Source: Microthyrium microscopicum | Taxonomy: Eukaryota | Length of the DNA stretch: 64,000 nt | Direction of reading: 5' to 3' | Assembly (NCBI GenBank): GCA_010405405.1 | Contig: MU004231.1 | Location: 2,970,401 to 3,034,400 of the forward strand | Part shown: one piece after another, positions 52,519 through 64,000 of the stretch | Position numbering within the stretch: position 1 is the stretch's first letter | Layout: each line of letters begins with the position of its first letter | Position numbers and translations under genes: made by a program | Notes under the pieces: model-generated | Databases searched by the model: none | The model's input: only the letters and a program-made list of their open reading frames with translations | What the model was told of the DNA's origin: nothing

Positions 52519-54193
52519 TTATGATTTCTTATATACAACCTCTGCGAGAGCAGCAACAGATCTCACTGCTCCCTGTGTGTCAGATTTATTATAAAGAAAC
52601 AGACCTAGAGTTTGTCAGTATACGAACACGAGGTCTATCAAAGCCAAATGCGCCGAGAAAGTCGAATGATCTTAGCAAGAGAAAATCCTTGACGCATTTC
52701 ATGGCGGCCATCGAATGCAATGGGACCCAAGAGGTGCGGTGGGTAACTCCAGATTCTCAGGCAATGGCCGATTGTGGGATATGGGGAACTCTTACCTTGT
52801 AGCGCTGCTGTGCTAATCTTGCCAACCAAGCCGAAATCCTTGATGGCTTGCATGAATTGGACTTTTCCCTGCTCTTGGCCGTCAATTTCACCATAGAATC
52901 GATCCCATAATCGTGAAATCTGGTATTCTTTTGCATTTCCCAATCTTAAAGACATATCAATTCTCCCTGGTCTGATCAATGCATCATCCAATCGCTCAAT
53001 GTGGTTTGTAGTTAAGAAGACCAATCTCTCTTCGCTGCTTGCTACGCCGTCAAGAGCGTTCAGGAGCCCAGAAAAGGTGACAGTAGCTCCAGAGTATCCT
53101 TCAGAGTCTGACTGTTTGCGATTGACAAATGCTGCATCAGCATCCTCAAGTAAGACCATCGTCCGAGAAGGAACTTTGCCTAGCAGATGAGCTAGCCTAT
53201 CGTCAGTCAGGCCACGTTCGCTGACGTTGAGTATGGCGATATTGAAGTCCAGTTCGCCCGCTAAGGCTTGGATGAATGAGCTCTTGCCGGTCCCTGGGGG
53301 CCCGTGCAGTAAATAGCCTCTGCGGTAGGGTATTCCACGATCCAGATACCATGTCCTGCTATCCAGAAAGCTTTGCACATCCTTCAGGATGTGCTCTTTC
53401 ATACCCTCTTCCAACACAACCGAATCGATTGGTCGCTTCCTTTTTGGTTCCCCAAATGGCTTCCATTCTGTTCCCCACGCAGTGAACATTGTTGTCTTTC
53501 CCTCTTGAGACTTGCGAGCCAGAACTTGAGCCTCTTGAAACAAGTCGGTAAAGACATTCCTGTGGGCGTACAAGGTTGTGAGGGATATCGTTTCGAATGG
53601 AGTGCCTGTCGCTAGGTCGAAACTCTTCTCCCTTTGGCGATTGATGGATATAAAGGCATTGCGGTAGCGAAGAATGTGGCGCCCGAGGCCAGGAACGAGA
53701 GAGAAGTTGGTCTTCGTCGAGCCATCTGGTAAACGGACTTTGGCTGACTGGAACTGGAGATGATGTAGACCTGGCGTAAACTTGGTGGCTAGCTTTCCCA
53801 CAAAGCCAGAGTTATTGCCTTTGACAATTCCTGCAGTTTGGGCCTTATGGTGAGCGGAGATCCAATGCAAGATCCAGCCATACGCTTCGTCGTTCCTTGT
53901 GATTTCGACATCGACAAGCATGCGTCTATATAGCAAGTCGGCGCCATATCTCAATGCGCGTTGACCAGTTGCTGCAGCAGCAGCGATTATCGCGAGACCG
54001 AACCCCTAGTCAAAGTTAGAGATCTGGCTGACTTTTGAATGGGTCTCATTACGGCTGTGAAGAACGGATTTCCAGTCAATTGATCGAGAATAGAGCCAGA
54101 AGGCTTTACCTGGGAAGTGGGTAATTTATCGGGCACTCCATGAGTTTCCAGCAGTTGCTGAACACTGCTGTTGTTGTCTTGAGATGGAGGCAT
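52519..54193 (-). CDS. BCS1: Mitochondrial AAA chaperone Bcs1
   Basis: NPFFTA-GFGL, GIPYRRGYLLHGPPGTGKSS, TFSGLLNALDG, ALIRPGR; introns ~54006-54052 and 52605-52795; last exon GLFLYNK...*. Confidence 0.95.
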
Positions 54194-54680
54194 CAAGCAG
54201 CGGGAATTGCAGGTCTATGCCATGACATGTGAAGTTCAGAGCTTTAAGAGACAGTCAACAATCAATATCAACGACATTATAAAAAGCTAAGTTGACGCGC
54301 GCTCAAGCGCCATGCAGCTCTCGCGGCTATTTTGCTGGGAAGATCCAAGCTCCAATAAGTTCATGCACTAGGACAACATAGGACTAGCACAGCCTCGTTC
54401 GCGCTTGCCCACGCCGCTTTGGTTGATTTCTTGAACAGTCCACCAATTTCGAACTGCGTTGCTGCCATCCGCATGTGCAACACTGCTTCAATCCTTCATC
54501 GCTCTCACTGCTTCATGGTTGCTTTGAATGTCTTTGACATCACTTCATCGCCTTGCTGTCACGCTCACCGTTCCTTTCTTTCCAATCTACATCCTCTAGT
54601 GCCTACAGATCTACTATCCTTCTTCATCCCCTAATAATTTCACCATCTCCAACTTTACGATAAGCCCATTTGTCCCATGA

Positions 54681-56208
54681 ATGCTGAGTTCTACCGCTAT
54701 GGATTCTTCAGTTACAATTGCCAAGCCCTATTTTGAGGCTCTTCTGCGTCGGCAAGTTCTTAGCTTTGTGTAGTACATGTGCATATCACTAACTTTCTTA
54801 GCGCTGCACTTGTTAGTTCGCCCTGCTTTACGTTTGACCATTGACAGCATAGCTCACAAGTCTTTTTAGCATCCGGATGATGATTCGAATGGTGTCCCTC
54901 TTCCTGGTCTCGTAACCATTCCTCAAGTAGAGTACCAAAGCCTGGTAATTCTCCATATTCATTGTACCACTGGCAAGGCTAACACGGGTCCATAGCAAGC
55001 TTCCCATCACGAATACCAAGTTCTTAAGCGCGCTCTGTTTAAAGGCGGACTCCGGTCTGATACATTAGAAACTCTGCTCAAGTCAGAGGACTCTGATGAT
55101 GGCTACGAACAAGTTACAATTTCCAATTACATGGTATCTGAGCCCAAAACAGAACGTTCTCCTCCTGATACCCTCGATGAGTCTGACGGCACGTCAAATT
55201 ATGTTAATATACATAATCAGCGAAGACATTCGGGCTATGGCGCTGGCCGCTTCTCAGGGGGTCAAAGTTCTCAGAAAGAGCAAGTAGCTGAAAGTCGCAA
55301 TCAGTCCGGCCGCGATCGAAACGTTCGAACTCTCTTCTTTACAAACCTATCAGACAAGACCACCCACAAAGACCTGACGCACATTGTTCGAGGAGGTCGA
55401 TTACTCGATATCCACCTCCGTCATGACAATTGCGCTGCCATTGCCTTTGTCGAGGGAGCTGCCGAGTTCCTTGCCTATTCGAAAAGAAACGACATCTACA
55501 TACATGGCAAGCGTGTCGAAGTACGCTGGGCCGAACGTCAATTCCACATCCCTGAACATGTCTCCCACAAGCTGAGCCAGGGTGCATCTCGGAACCTTGT
55601 CATCCGCGGTGGTGCAGGTAAGCTCACTGAAGACGGGATTCGAGAAGACATGGAGCACATCCACAACCTCGTAGTCATTGATGTCAAGACCAAGGGTAAA
55701 GATGTCTTCATTTCGACAAATTCTGTCCATAACGCCTTGTTTGCACGGACTTGTATGATGGTGAGATCCCTATTGCAACTACAGTTTCTAGTGCACGGCA
55801 TACTTGAAAGTCCATTGACGACAGGATGTCCTTTGCAACATTTATTTACAACACGTCGTCCACATAATGTTGTCAGCATGCTTCCACAGCATGACTTTCA
55901 CATCATGTCGTCTACATCGTGTCTTCTACAGCGCACCACACTTCATGATAGACTCTTGCTAACAGCCTCTGCAGTCAAGGCAACCTTACAAAGGATGTAG
56001 AATTGAGTGGAACGCTGACGAGTGTGCTGAACCTATACCTAAACCCGTGTCGACGTACATAAGCAGCAACAACCAGCCCACAGCCAAATCAGCCCCAGTC
56101 CGCAATATGTTTGAGCTCCTCACACTTGACGGCGCAGAAGATGATGAGGATGAGCAATCATTCGAGCCTGGTATGAGTTGGGCGGATTCTTCGCTCATCG
56201 CGGCGTAA
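54681..56208 (+). CDS. Two-RRM RNA-binding protein (resembles the negative-regulator-of-differentiation type)
   Basis: Exons joined via introns 54752-54801 (GC-AG), 54812-54869, 54945-54995, 55761-55974; VRGGRLLDI, GASRNLVIR, DMEHIHNLVV, STNSVHNALFARTCMM-SR..YKGCRIEW..DEC. Confidence 0.85.
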
Positions 56209-56547
56209 ATAGTGTTTCCCGCATAGAAACCGTTCAAGCGTTACAGGACAGCATTTGATGCAAGGTCAGCAACATATCCTATGCGTTTGGGCACGGAAAG
56301 TAAAATGTCGTGGACATGCTGGTAATGCTTGGGTTCCGGTCATCATGGTTCTTTCGGTTTTGCATTCCTCTTTCTGCACCTGTCTTTAAGGATACCCAGC
56401 TGTTTTCATAGCACAAGAAGCGTATTCGATCAATATGACATGTTTGCTTCTTTCCACATATCACGATCGCATAACCGTATTAGGATGTCCCTGACACATG
56501 CTCCAATTCGTAGGTTATCAACATCGGCGATGTGCCCACACCGCTCC

Positions 56548-57201
56548 TCAGTTGCCTTCTTCATCGTCATCCTCACCGTACGCCGACTCTAGATAGTCCA
56601 GCATCTTGCGTTGTAAATCCAGCAAACGTGTCTCTGCCGTTATACTGCCGGCGCCTGTATTGCAGTCCCTTACGTTCTTCTCAGCGATTTCACCGAAAAA
56701 CGGGATTCCCATTTCACCTAATTTGCCGGCCATATGGGTTCGCATCGCTACCTGCGCTGCATAAACCTTCATGTCGTAGACTTTCAGCTCAGCTTGCGTG
56801 CTCAACTTGCTTCGTTCATGCCACCTACATATACACTTTAGCAATGTCATCGACATACATGGAAATATGTCAGTCACATACCAGTTCTCTTCATGAGCGC
56901 GATGTTCCCGAATAAGCGATCTCACACTCTCCTGCAATGACACATTCTGCCTTTCCAGTCGCCTTACGTGACGTAAAGCTGGTGGCCACTCAACGATGCT
57001 TGAGGGATCCGTAGGTGGCGGGGGACTTATGCGGGCATGTTGTGGACGTCCGATGGAGGGCGGTGTTGGTGGGTTCGATGATGTTAATGGCACTGGAGGG
57101 CCGGTGTATTTCTTCTGGGTGTTGGCGACTATTTGTTGGAGTTTAGCGAGATGGTCTTGCCAGCTTAGCTTTTCTGGCGCAGGCGAGGATTGTGACGACA
57201 T
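56548..57201 (-). CDS. Conserved fungal protein, DUF2458-like
   Basis: DPSSIVEWPPALRHV, HEENW-W..R, ELKVYDMKVY, LGEMGIPFFG, LQRKMLDYLE; 57-nt intron 56825-56881. Confidence 0.75.
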   Translation of the reverse strand: MSSQSSPAPEKLSWQDHLAKLQQIVANTQKKYTGPPVPLTSSNPPTPPSIGRPQHARISPPPPTDPSSIVEWPPALRHVRRLERQNVSLQESVRSLIREHRAHEENWYVTDIFPCMSMTLLKCICRWHERSKLSTQAELKVYDMKVYAAQVAMRTHMAGKLGEMGIPFFGEIAEKNVRDCNTGAGSITAETRLLDLQRKMLDYLESAYGEDDDEEGN

Positions 57202-57855
57202 GTTGGTAACAATTGACGCAATAGTGACTGTGTTGCTTGTGGGTTGATATGAGTGGGAGATACCAGCGACTTGAGAGGTTGAGTACTGTTTGCGACAAGG
57301 CCTCAATGAGAGTTGCTCAAGGAATAGAGACAAGTTAAAAAGAGGCGATTTTGTGCAATGTCCGGGAGTGACGAGAAAGACCTTTGAATCCACTTCAGCC
57401 CTTGTCCTGTTACAATGATTGCATGAGGCGATGGTCAGGATTGAGCGTGATGGCAGATATGAAGTGCTATGGCATTCTTTAATGACGACCACGATCTACG
57501 AAAGCGCGACGCTTGTTTAGTCAAACAGGGCCTCTTTTCCCTTCAGCTCCCCAGATTCTTACTGATCGCTTTAAGCTGTTCAAAGAGCGTTGGATATGGA
57601 AATGTAAATAGAAGTAAAGAGGTTAATTGGAAATCAGCCAATCATATCCACGATGAATCCATCAATGCGGCTCCCAAACGATCAGCACCCATCGGCATCC
57701 CGAATCGGCCCGCCCTTCAAAATTCTGGACCTTTAAACTCTTCCATTGATCATCGAAGCACCCAACTCGCTGTTTTCGAGAGTCGACACAGCGTACACGA
57801 AGTTGACTTAGCGCTCTCACAATCTCCAATGCCGGCTTCATAAATACCCACAGCC

Positions 57856-58717
57856 ATGCTCAAATCCACGCGACCTCTGCGCTTCGCCCTGAACGCTTCA
57901 CGCTTCGCCAAACCTCCTCCAACTCACTTCAGCGCGACTGGTCCTTTTGCAAATGCTGCTCCGGAGGAAGCCAAATCACATATTCCAACGGCTAGCACTG
58001 TTCAAATACGACCAGCGAAATCAAATGAGACGCCGAGACAGCGGGTAGAGCGCCTCAGGCAGGCCGCAAGAGCTTCTCAATTGAAAGATCTGCCCTGGAC
58101 AGAAAAACTAATTGAGCGTGGGCGAGTCATTGCAGATTATGGGCACAGAACGTTCACTGGATTCTTAATACTTTCTAGCGGTAGGCATGACTCTGCCAAC
58201 AAGGCGAAGCAAAGAAACTAATGGACAATAGTTATAATCGCTGGGTTTACGGTGTTTGCGCTTTATGATATGGTAACTGAGAAACTCAATTCTCGAGTAC
58301 TATGTTTACTAATTCAGGGATCAGATCAGCTTCAACAAAAAGAAGCAAAGTTCGATACGGCAAGAAAAGCAACGGCGTAACGAAGAAGCACTCATAAAGG
58401 CGATGAAAGATGCGGCGGCTGGAAAAGCAAACGTAAAACAGAAAGTCCTTCTCAAACGATATCAGGCGGTCAAAGATGCAGAAGACGAGCGGATAGCAAG
58501 TCGGGGGAGCATTGCTAGGACGTTGGACTGGGTGTTCCCAGGAATCATGGGCAAGCAAAGCGAGGCAAAGCTCGTGATGAAGCTAGACTCGGATATCATG
58601 ATGCTTTTGGAAAGCGGACAATTGGAAAATTTCGTTGAAGAGGAAGCCAAAAAAGCGGAAGAGCCGGCCAAGGAAGGTCAAAAGAAGAGCTGGAAAGATT
58701 GGCTTCTGTTCCGGTGA
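57856..58717 (+). CDS. Mitochondrial single-TM protein, Cox14-like cytochrome c oxidase assembly factor
   Basis: Mitochondrial-type presequence; ETPRQRVERLR, RGRVIADYGHR then hydrophobic helix; two introns near 58181-58230 and 58273-58325. Confidence 0.65.
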
Positions 58718-58883
58718 TTTCAAGTAATTCAATACGCCAGCTTATGATTGCCAGCTGGGAGTCTGTATAAAATGTACATCATCACATATCTCATTGCTCG
58801 GAGTTTGGGACTAGGATGGACAGGTTTGGAGCATATTCATCACAGCTCTTCGTTAGTTGTCATATTAACATACTTTCAAATAA

Positions 58884-59516
58884 TCAAGATTCCTCTGCCG
58901 CATTCGTTGATACCGGCTCATAGCTCCTCCGTTCCCTCATGTTTTGAAGCCATTTCTCTGCGTACGGTCTTACAGACGCGTAAGCAAGGAGCCCAACTGT
59001 CGCGAATATGAATATGAACACCACCGCCTCGTCTTTCGCTGAGTCTCGTTCTGTCCTTCGTTAGCTCCCAAATGTCCCATAGCCTTGCAAAAGACTTACG
59101 AAAGCAAGTCGCTGCTACATCTTCTTCGGCTGCGCCTTTGCATATTGGTAGGTTATAGTCCATACAGAACTGTTAATTGAGTAAGTCAATCATGTCTCGT
59201 TACATCCATCCATTGGAACATATACCTTCTTGTTGCAGTCTATACAGGTTCCGTGGCCTTTCGTAGGGTTTGGACTTCCATCGCCATTACGTTGTCCAGG
59301 CGCTGACTTCGGTCTCCCGTCGAGCTGAATTAACGTGGAATTCGCGAAGCATGTGCATTTGCAGAAGGACGTCGCAGCTGGAATATGTATATGTCAGCAA
59401 AGTTGCTCGTTGGCGCTCGGTCCGAGCAGATGCGACAACGTACAAGCGGCGGTCGAGAGGGTTATGAGAGATAGGATCGCGAATAGGAGAAATAGGGCGG
59501 CAGTAAAGCGATTCAT
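58884..59516 (-). CDS. Small type-I membrane protein with Cys-rich ectodomain, unknown function (not captured whole by the ORF track)
   Basis: Signal peptide; FCKCTCFANST...TCIDCNRRFCMDYNLPICK...TCFQRDSAKDE-TM; three short introns; TGA at 58884-58886. Confidence 0.85.
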
Positions 59517-60321
59517 GGTAGTCCGAATTTGATCGTGTATGGAGAAAGGACGGGGTCGCGAGCAAGAATCAGGATGTGGTGAGCTAATTACTGTAATGAT
59601 GCTGTTCTCCGCAAACCAAAAGTGACAAGTCCCAGAAACGTTCAAACACGGTCCGCGCGCTTAGTCATGCAGCTACCAGCATATGATTCTCAGCCTTATA
59701 GCTTTCAACACGGTACCACAGAGCCAGTTAATTGATGCATTCCCACTGTTCGCTGGCTATCATCTGGTAGAAACCCTGTTCCCGTCCAAAGGCTCAGGAG
59801 TTTTATCGACTATGATGGAAACTAATTTGTATGCTTTCTCATTTACAAGGTATGATGGGCCGTATCACACTTTGCGGGAGCAAACCATTTATTTGGTCAC
59901 GGCAGCCACCAGAGTCGATGAGAGCAAGCAATCATTTCTCCCAAAGGCGACTGCTAGACAATCAGCGCATTGCTGATTGACTTTCCTTACAAAAATCTTC
60001 TCGTACAACTGAATCGAAATTCCGCAAAACATAGCCGCGAGTGCTTCCATACCTCCAAATCCATAAACCTAGAGAAGCATTTTCTGCGAAATTTGGGAGA
60101 AGGACAGCAAATTTTACATGCGCATATGATTTCTTAAGACTAAACTTACGAGACTGACCTTCAGAGCACTTTCATCTGCTATGATATAAGACTTTGTTTC
60201 GTAGTGAATAGATTACATTATCGTTTCTAAGGTCCGAGCTACTAGCCACTTAGCCATTGGCCCATTTTGAGTCGGTGGAAGTTTAGTCTGAAGTTGGATC
60301 TCCCAGAATGTTGCATGCGAT

Positions 60322-62247
60322 CTATCTCGGAAAGATCTGCTTCAGTGTTTCTTGAAAAACACCGACATTGTAGTCGATCAAAGCCTTGCGGTCGGTTGGG
60401 CTGTCATCACCCATGATACAGATCAACGCCAAGTACCTGTTATGGTTAGCAAATACTTCGAGCCACGTCTCGTAAACACTTACTTGTTGATCTCCTTGAG
60501 ATACAAATAGCTTCCGTTCTTCTTCTCCAATACAATCAAGCTTTCAGCATCTTGATTACCAACCTCCGGGTCTTCCTCAATCTGTTCTGTATCACCTCCC
60601 TCCAGCTCATTTCGATCCCAGCCATAGATCTCGCTAATGTCCACTACCAGATCAACATACTCACTAGAAATCTCGTAGCTTGAGCTATCGGATGGAGACA
60701 AGTCGCTTGCGATGTAAATCTTGCTGAGAACATCAAAGAGGTAGGCCTTCTCCATTTTGCAATTGGCGCATAGAGTGGTAAGCAAAGATTCCAATGGACC
60801 AATCTCGAAGATCAACTTCTGTATGACTTTGCTGAACGCCTCGTATATTGAATGGTCGTATATGCTGGTCCGATGGAAGGAGACGTTTCCGAGAGGATGA
60901 CCGGAATCTTCCAGCTCATCCTGAACTCTATCGACAATGATCTGATACGTATCGCTTAGATAGTCGTCACTGAGTCCATCGACTTTGTGAATGAAGACTT
61001 CGACGATGATTTCCGGGTAGTTCTCTTGAAGGTACTGGATTAATTCATTCAGTTTGGTAACGGCATCGAAAAAGTCGTCTTGTGCATCGATAACCCATAT
61101 TAAAGCGCCAATTTCGCCAAAGATTTCTTCAGTGTCGAAAGATGGATCCGTGTAGTTGAGATGACCAGGAAAATCCCATACTTGAAAGTCCATGAAGGAG
61201 CTGGGCCAATGTTAGGTTTCAAGATATTATGTATCAAGATGTACTGACTGCATGTATTCTTTCTTAATGCGAGTGGTCGTTTCCAAGTACAATGTCTCGG
61301 GTGGCGGAAGTTTGTGAAATACGACGCTCGATATGGAGGATTTACCACTTCTAAAGGAGCATCAGCACTATTCAAGAACATGTAATATATATTAACCTTC
61401 TTTGACCCATAAGCAGTAATCTTGGTTTGCCATCGTTAGCTCTGCTATTTGGTGTCTTGCGAGATGGCGCATTGGATGCGCTTGGCTTGTCTGCCTCTGG
61501 AAGATCCTGGAGATATCGAATTAGAGTCTGTTGTGCACTTTGGTCCACGTTCGAAATGGGCGGGCTTTGATGGAGATTCTCATCACCCATATCGCCAAAT
61601 AATCAAGGAGGGCATGAAGTAATGAATGTTTACAGTATGCGAGAAGCAAAACAGAAGGCGAAACCAGGATAGCGTAAGCCTTCACACAAAATTGTTGAAT
61701 CCGAATCCATCTTTGCAAGTATCGAGATGTCAAGATAGAACAATGATTGTGGGCAAAGTCATAAGCCAACCACAAAACGCCGACACGATTTCTCTTTTCG
61801 CTTGTGTACCAAAAAAGGCAAGTTAGCTTTAAGAGTCCGGAGCGATTGGATTGTTATACAAAGTCAATAGCCGGGGCTCGGACTTGCACTTCGCCTTGTC
61901 GAAGATAGCAATGATTGGGTAAGCTGCCATGAAAGATGGCGGTATCAGTCCACTTGAGCCTCATTGATTTCGGCAAATGATCACGGTGAGCGCCGCAACT
62001 ATGATGTGACGACTCATCGGTTAAACAAAAAAATCAAGCAATCCTACTGGTGCAATTTCAGGATTGACCAGCAACAGTGGCCGTTCGATCATCGTGGGCT
62101 TTTGTTCGGTGCTGATTGATAATGCAGTAGAGCAGGCTTGTGAAAGACATATGGCGGTGTAGTGTGCAGCAATGCGCCCCATAGGCCACAATGAATAATT
62201 GAACAAGAGCAATCTGCAGGGTGGATGCAGGTTAAGACACTTACCAT
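60322..62247 (-). CDS. GTR2: Rag GTPase RagC/D (TORC1 amino-acid sensing)
   Basis: [60 protein letters not shown]; proposed first coding exon is ATG 62245-62247 followed by intron 61507-62244 (alternative in-frame ATG at 61590). Confidence 0.93.
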
Positions 62248-64000
62248 AGTGAATTTCTTTGCTGCACTCGGGTTCGGGAAACAGCAATTTTGATGCCTTG
62301 GCCTTACTGACGTAGGGTCTTCGGCTAAAGTTTGAGATTTTGATGGGCCTGCAGGTGTTATCGAGCAGCAAGCACCTTTGAGCAGATGGCGGGAGGACGT
62401 CGGCCCAACAAGTATCGAATTTGCAAAGTGAAGAAGTGATTTGATAGTGGTGGAGGTGTGCCAGGAGGGCTAGACACGAGGGGTCTAATTGTCTAGGATG
62501 CGATCAAGAAAACAAGGAGCCCAGAGTCAGAAACTCTCCATGGCCGGCAGATGGCAAAGTCGGTGAAATCGATCCTACTCGGTCTTTTGGTTGGAGGTTT
62601 GGTCGAAGCCTAGGTGGCAGATGTATTTGGAAATTGTAGATAGGCTTGGTGGTGGAGTTGTAAATGAAAAAACATGTTGCAGGCAAAGAAAGAACAATGA
62701 AGTAGGGACTCGTGAAGCCGAAGCTGAGGACAGGAGTCGGGCCATCGCTTCCAAGTCCAGTCCCAACCTAAGAAACTCACGCCTTCAGATTTTGCAGCAA
62801 TCCATTACAAGCCTCACTAGTTAATACAGTGAGGTCAAAGTAGAACCAGGCGAACACAAGAGAAAATCGTGATGACGACAAATGCAATTGGTCTGCTCAA
62901 ACCCTTTACATTGAGACCAAGTCCAAGTAGTGATTTTGACTCGGTACAATTTGCAAGGGAGGCTCAAAGCCTTAAGCAAGCATGATGACTAAGATTTATC
63001 GCGCCTCGCGTGTTTTGACTTTATCCAGAACATCATCTCCCTAACTTCATCCAGTGACTCCAGTCGACCACCACAACGGCTGAGAAGCACACCGGCGCGA
63101 TCCTATCAAATACTACTTCATTTCCGATCCATCGCGCCTTATTGTCAAGTCTATTCATCATAACCTATGCGATAATGGCGCCAATCCATCGCTTATGCTG
63201 TAAAGTCCAAAAACATCTTCATTTCTAAGAGGTAGTGGTAGTCAGCAACTGGTTTCCGGCGTCTCATCCGTTGTGTCAATCTATGTCGGATATCTGAACT
63301 GCTTGAGGACTTGTGCACTTGACTCTAGAGAATCGGGTACATACCTACTACCACCAAGTACTAATAGAAACATTAATCTCCTACCCCAGCCGCCATGCGT
63401 CACTCCAGAAAGTCGAGGAATACTCGTAGAATGAGCGTGGAATATGTGAAACCAAGCCTTTTCATTCGGCTGAGTATCACTGGGGTCATCGGGCACGTCG
63501 CTCCCGGAGGAGTGGTCATACGCAGCCGCCATTATTCTACAATTACATGTAGGGAACGCGCCTCATCAATCGGCCTTTTGTCAACAATTTCTCCAGAAAC
63601 CTAGACCTGACGCTACAAGTCTACTAGAAACCAAAACTGAAGAGACTGAGCAGCTCCTTTTGCTAATCGGAGGCCGTCGAGTTATTAGTTGTCGTGGACA
63701 ACGCCCCGCGGAATCCAGTTAGCGTCGAAAAGCTGGTTCACAGCGCAAATCTCACTTCCCATGGCTCATTAATGATAAGCCCAACCTAAAGAAACAATTT
63801 ACCGCATGATATTGAGGTATGACTGTCTAGGTTTGGGGGTACCCCACACTCTAAACCTTTCGTTTCAGAGTGCACTGACGTCGTTGACCCAAGATCAAGC
63901 CGGCAATATATAAATTATCAATTTATTCTTGAGCCATAATTGGACACTTTTAGGTTTGTGGAGAAAATCACGAGAATGTTCATTCCAGTTGACATGGCCC

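Noticed and set aside
63281..63532. 83-aa minus-strand ORF with a possible splice donor
   Set aside because: No recognisable homology or consistent multi-exon model.

Overview
Gene-dense eukaryotic DNA from a filamentous ascomycete (Pezizomycotina-type short GT-AG introns with CTRAC/CTAAY branch sites). It holds about 29 intron-containing or intronless genes, mostly housekeeping: SPE2, UPS2-like, PTC5, HEM2, RPL13, augmin HAUS6, HD nucleotidase, Ady2-type transporter, DRS1, Vnx1-type exchanger, MAPEG, sphingolipid delta-8 desaturase, DBP9, CLC1, RTT103, inositol 5-phosphatase, SDR, histone H4, OPT, BCS1, an RRM protein, Cox14-like and GTR2. There are also three secreted effector- or wall-type genes and one GNAT pseudogene. 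I found no tRNA, rRNA, CRISPR array or intact transposon. Best signals: (1) the RTT103 TAG stop lies inside the first copy of a 29-codon protein repeat and aligns with TGG (Trp) in the second copy, and the codons after the stop diverge mostly synonymously, implying stop recoding (A-to-I editing or readthrough), stop-removing splicing, or a very recent nonsense change; (2) the SAM decarboxylase 5' leader carries an intron, AUG uORFs, a strong hairpin and a candidate AUU-initiated uORF ending Pro-Pro-stop; (3) several unusually long, structured or repeat-bearing introns (GTR2, RRM gene, BCS1, RPL13, desaturase). All gene models and family calls are by-eye, with no database searches.
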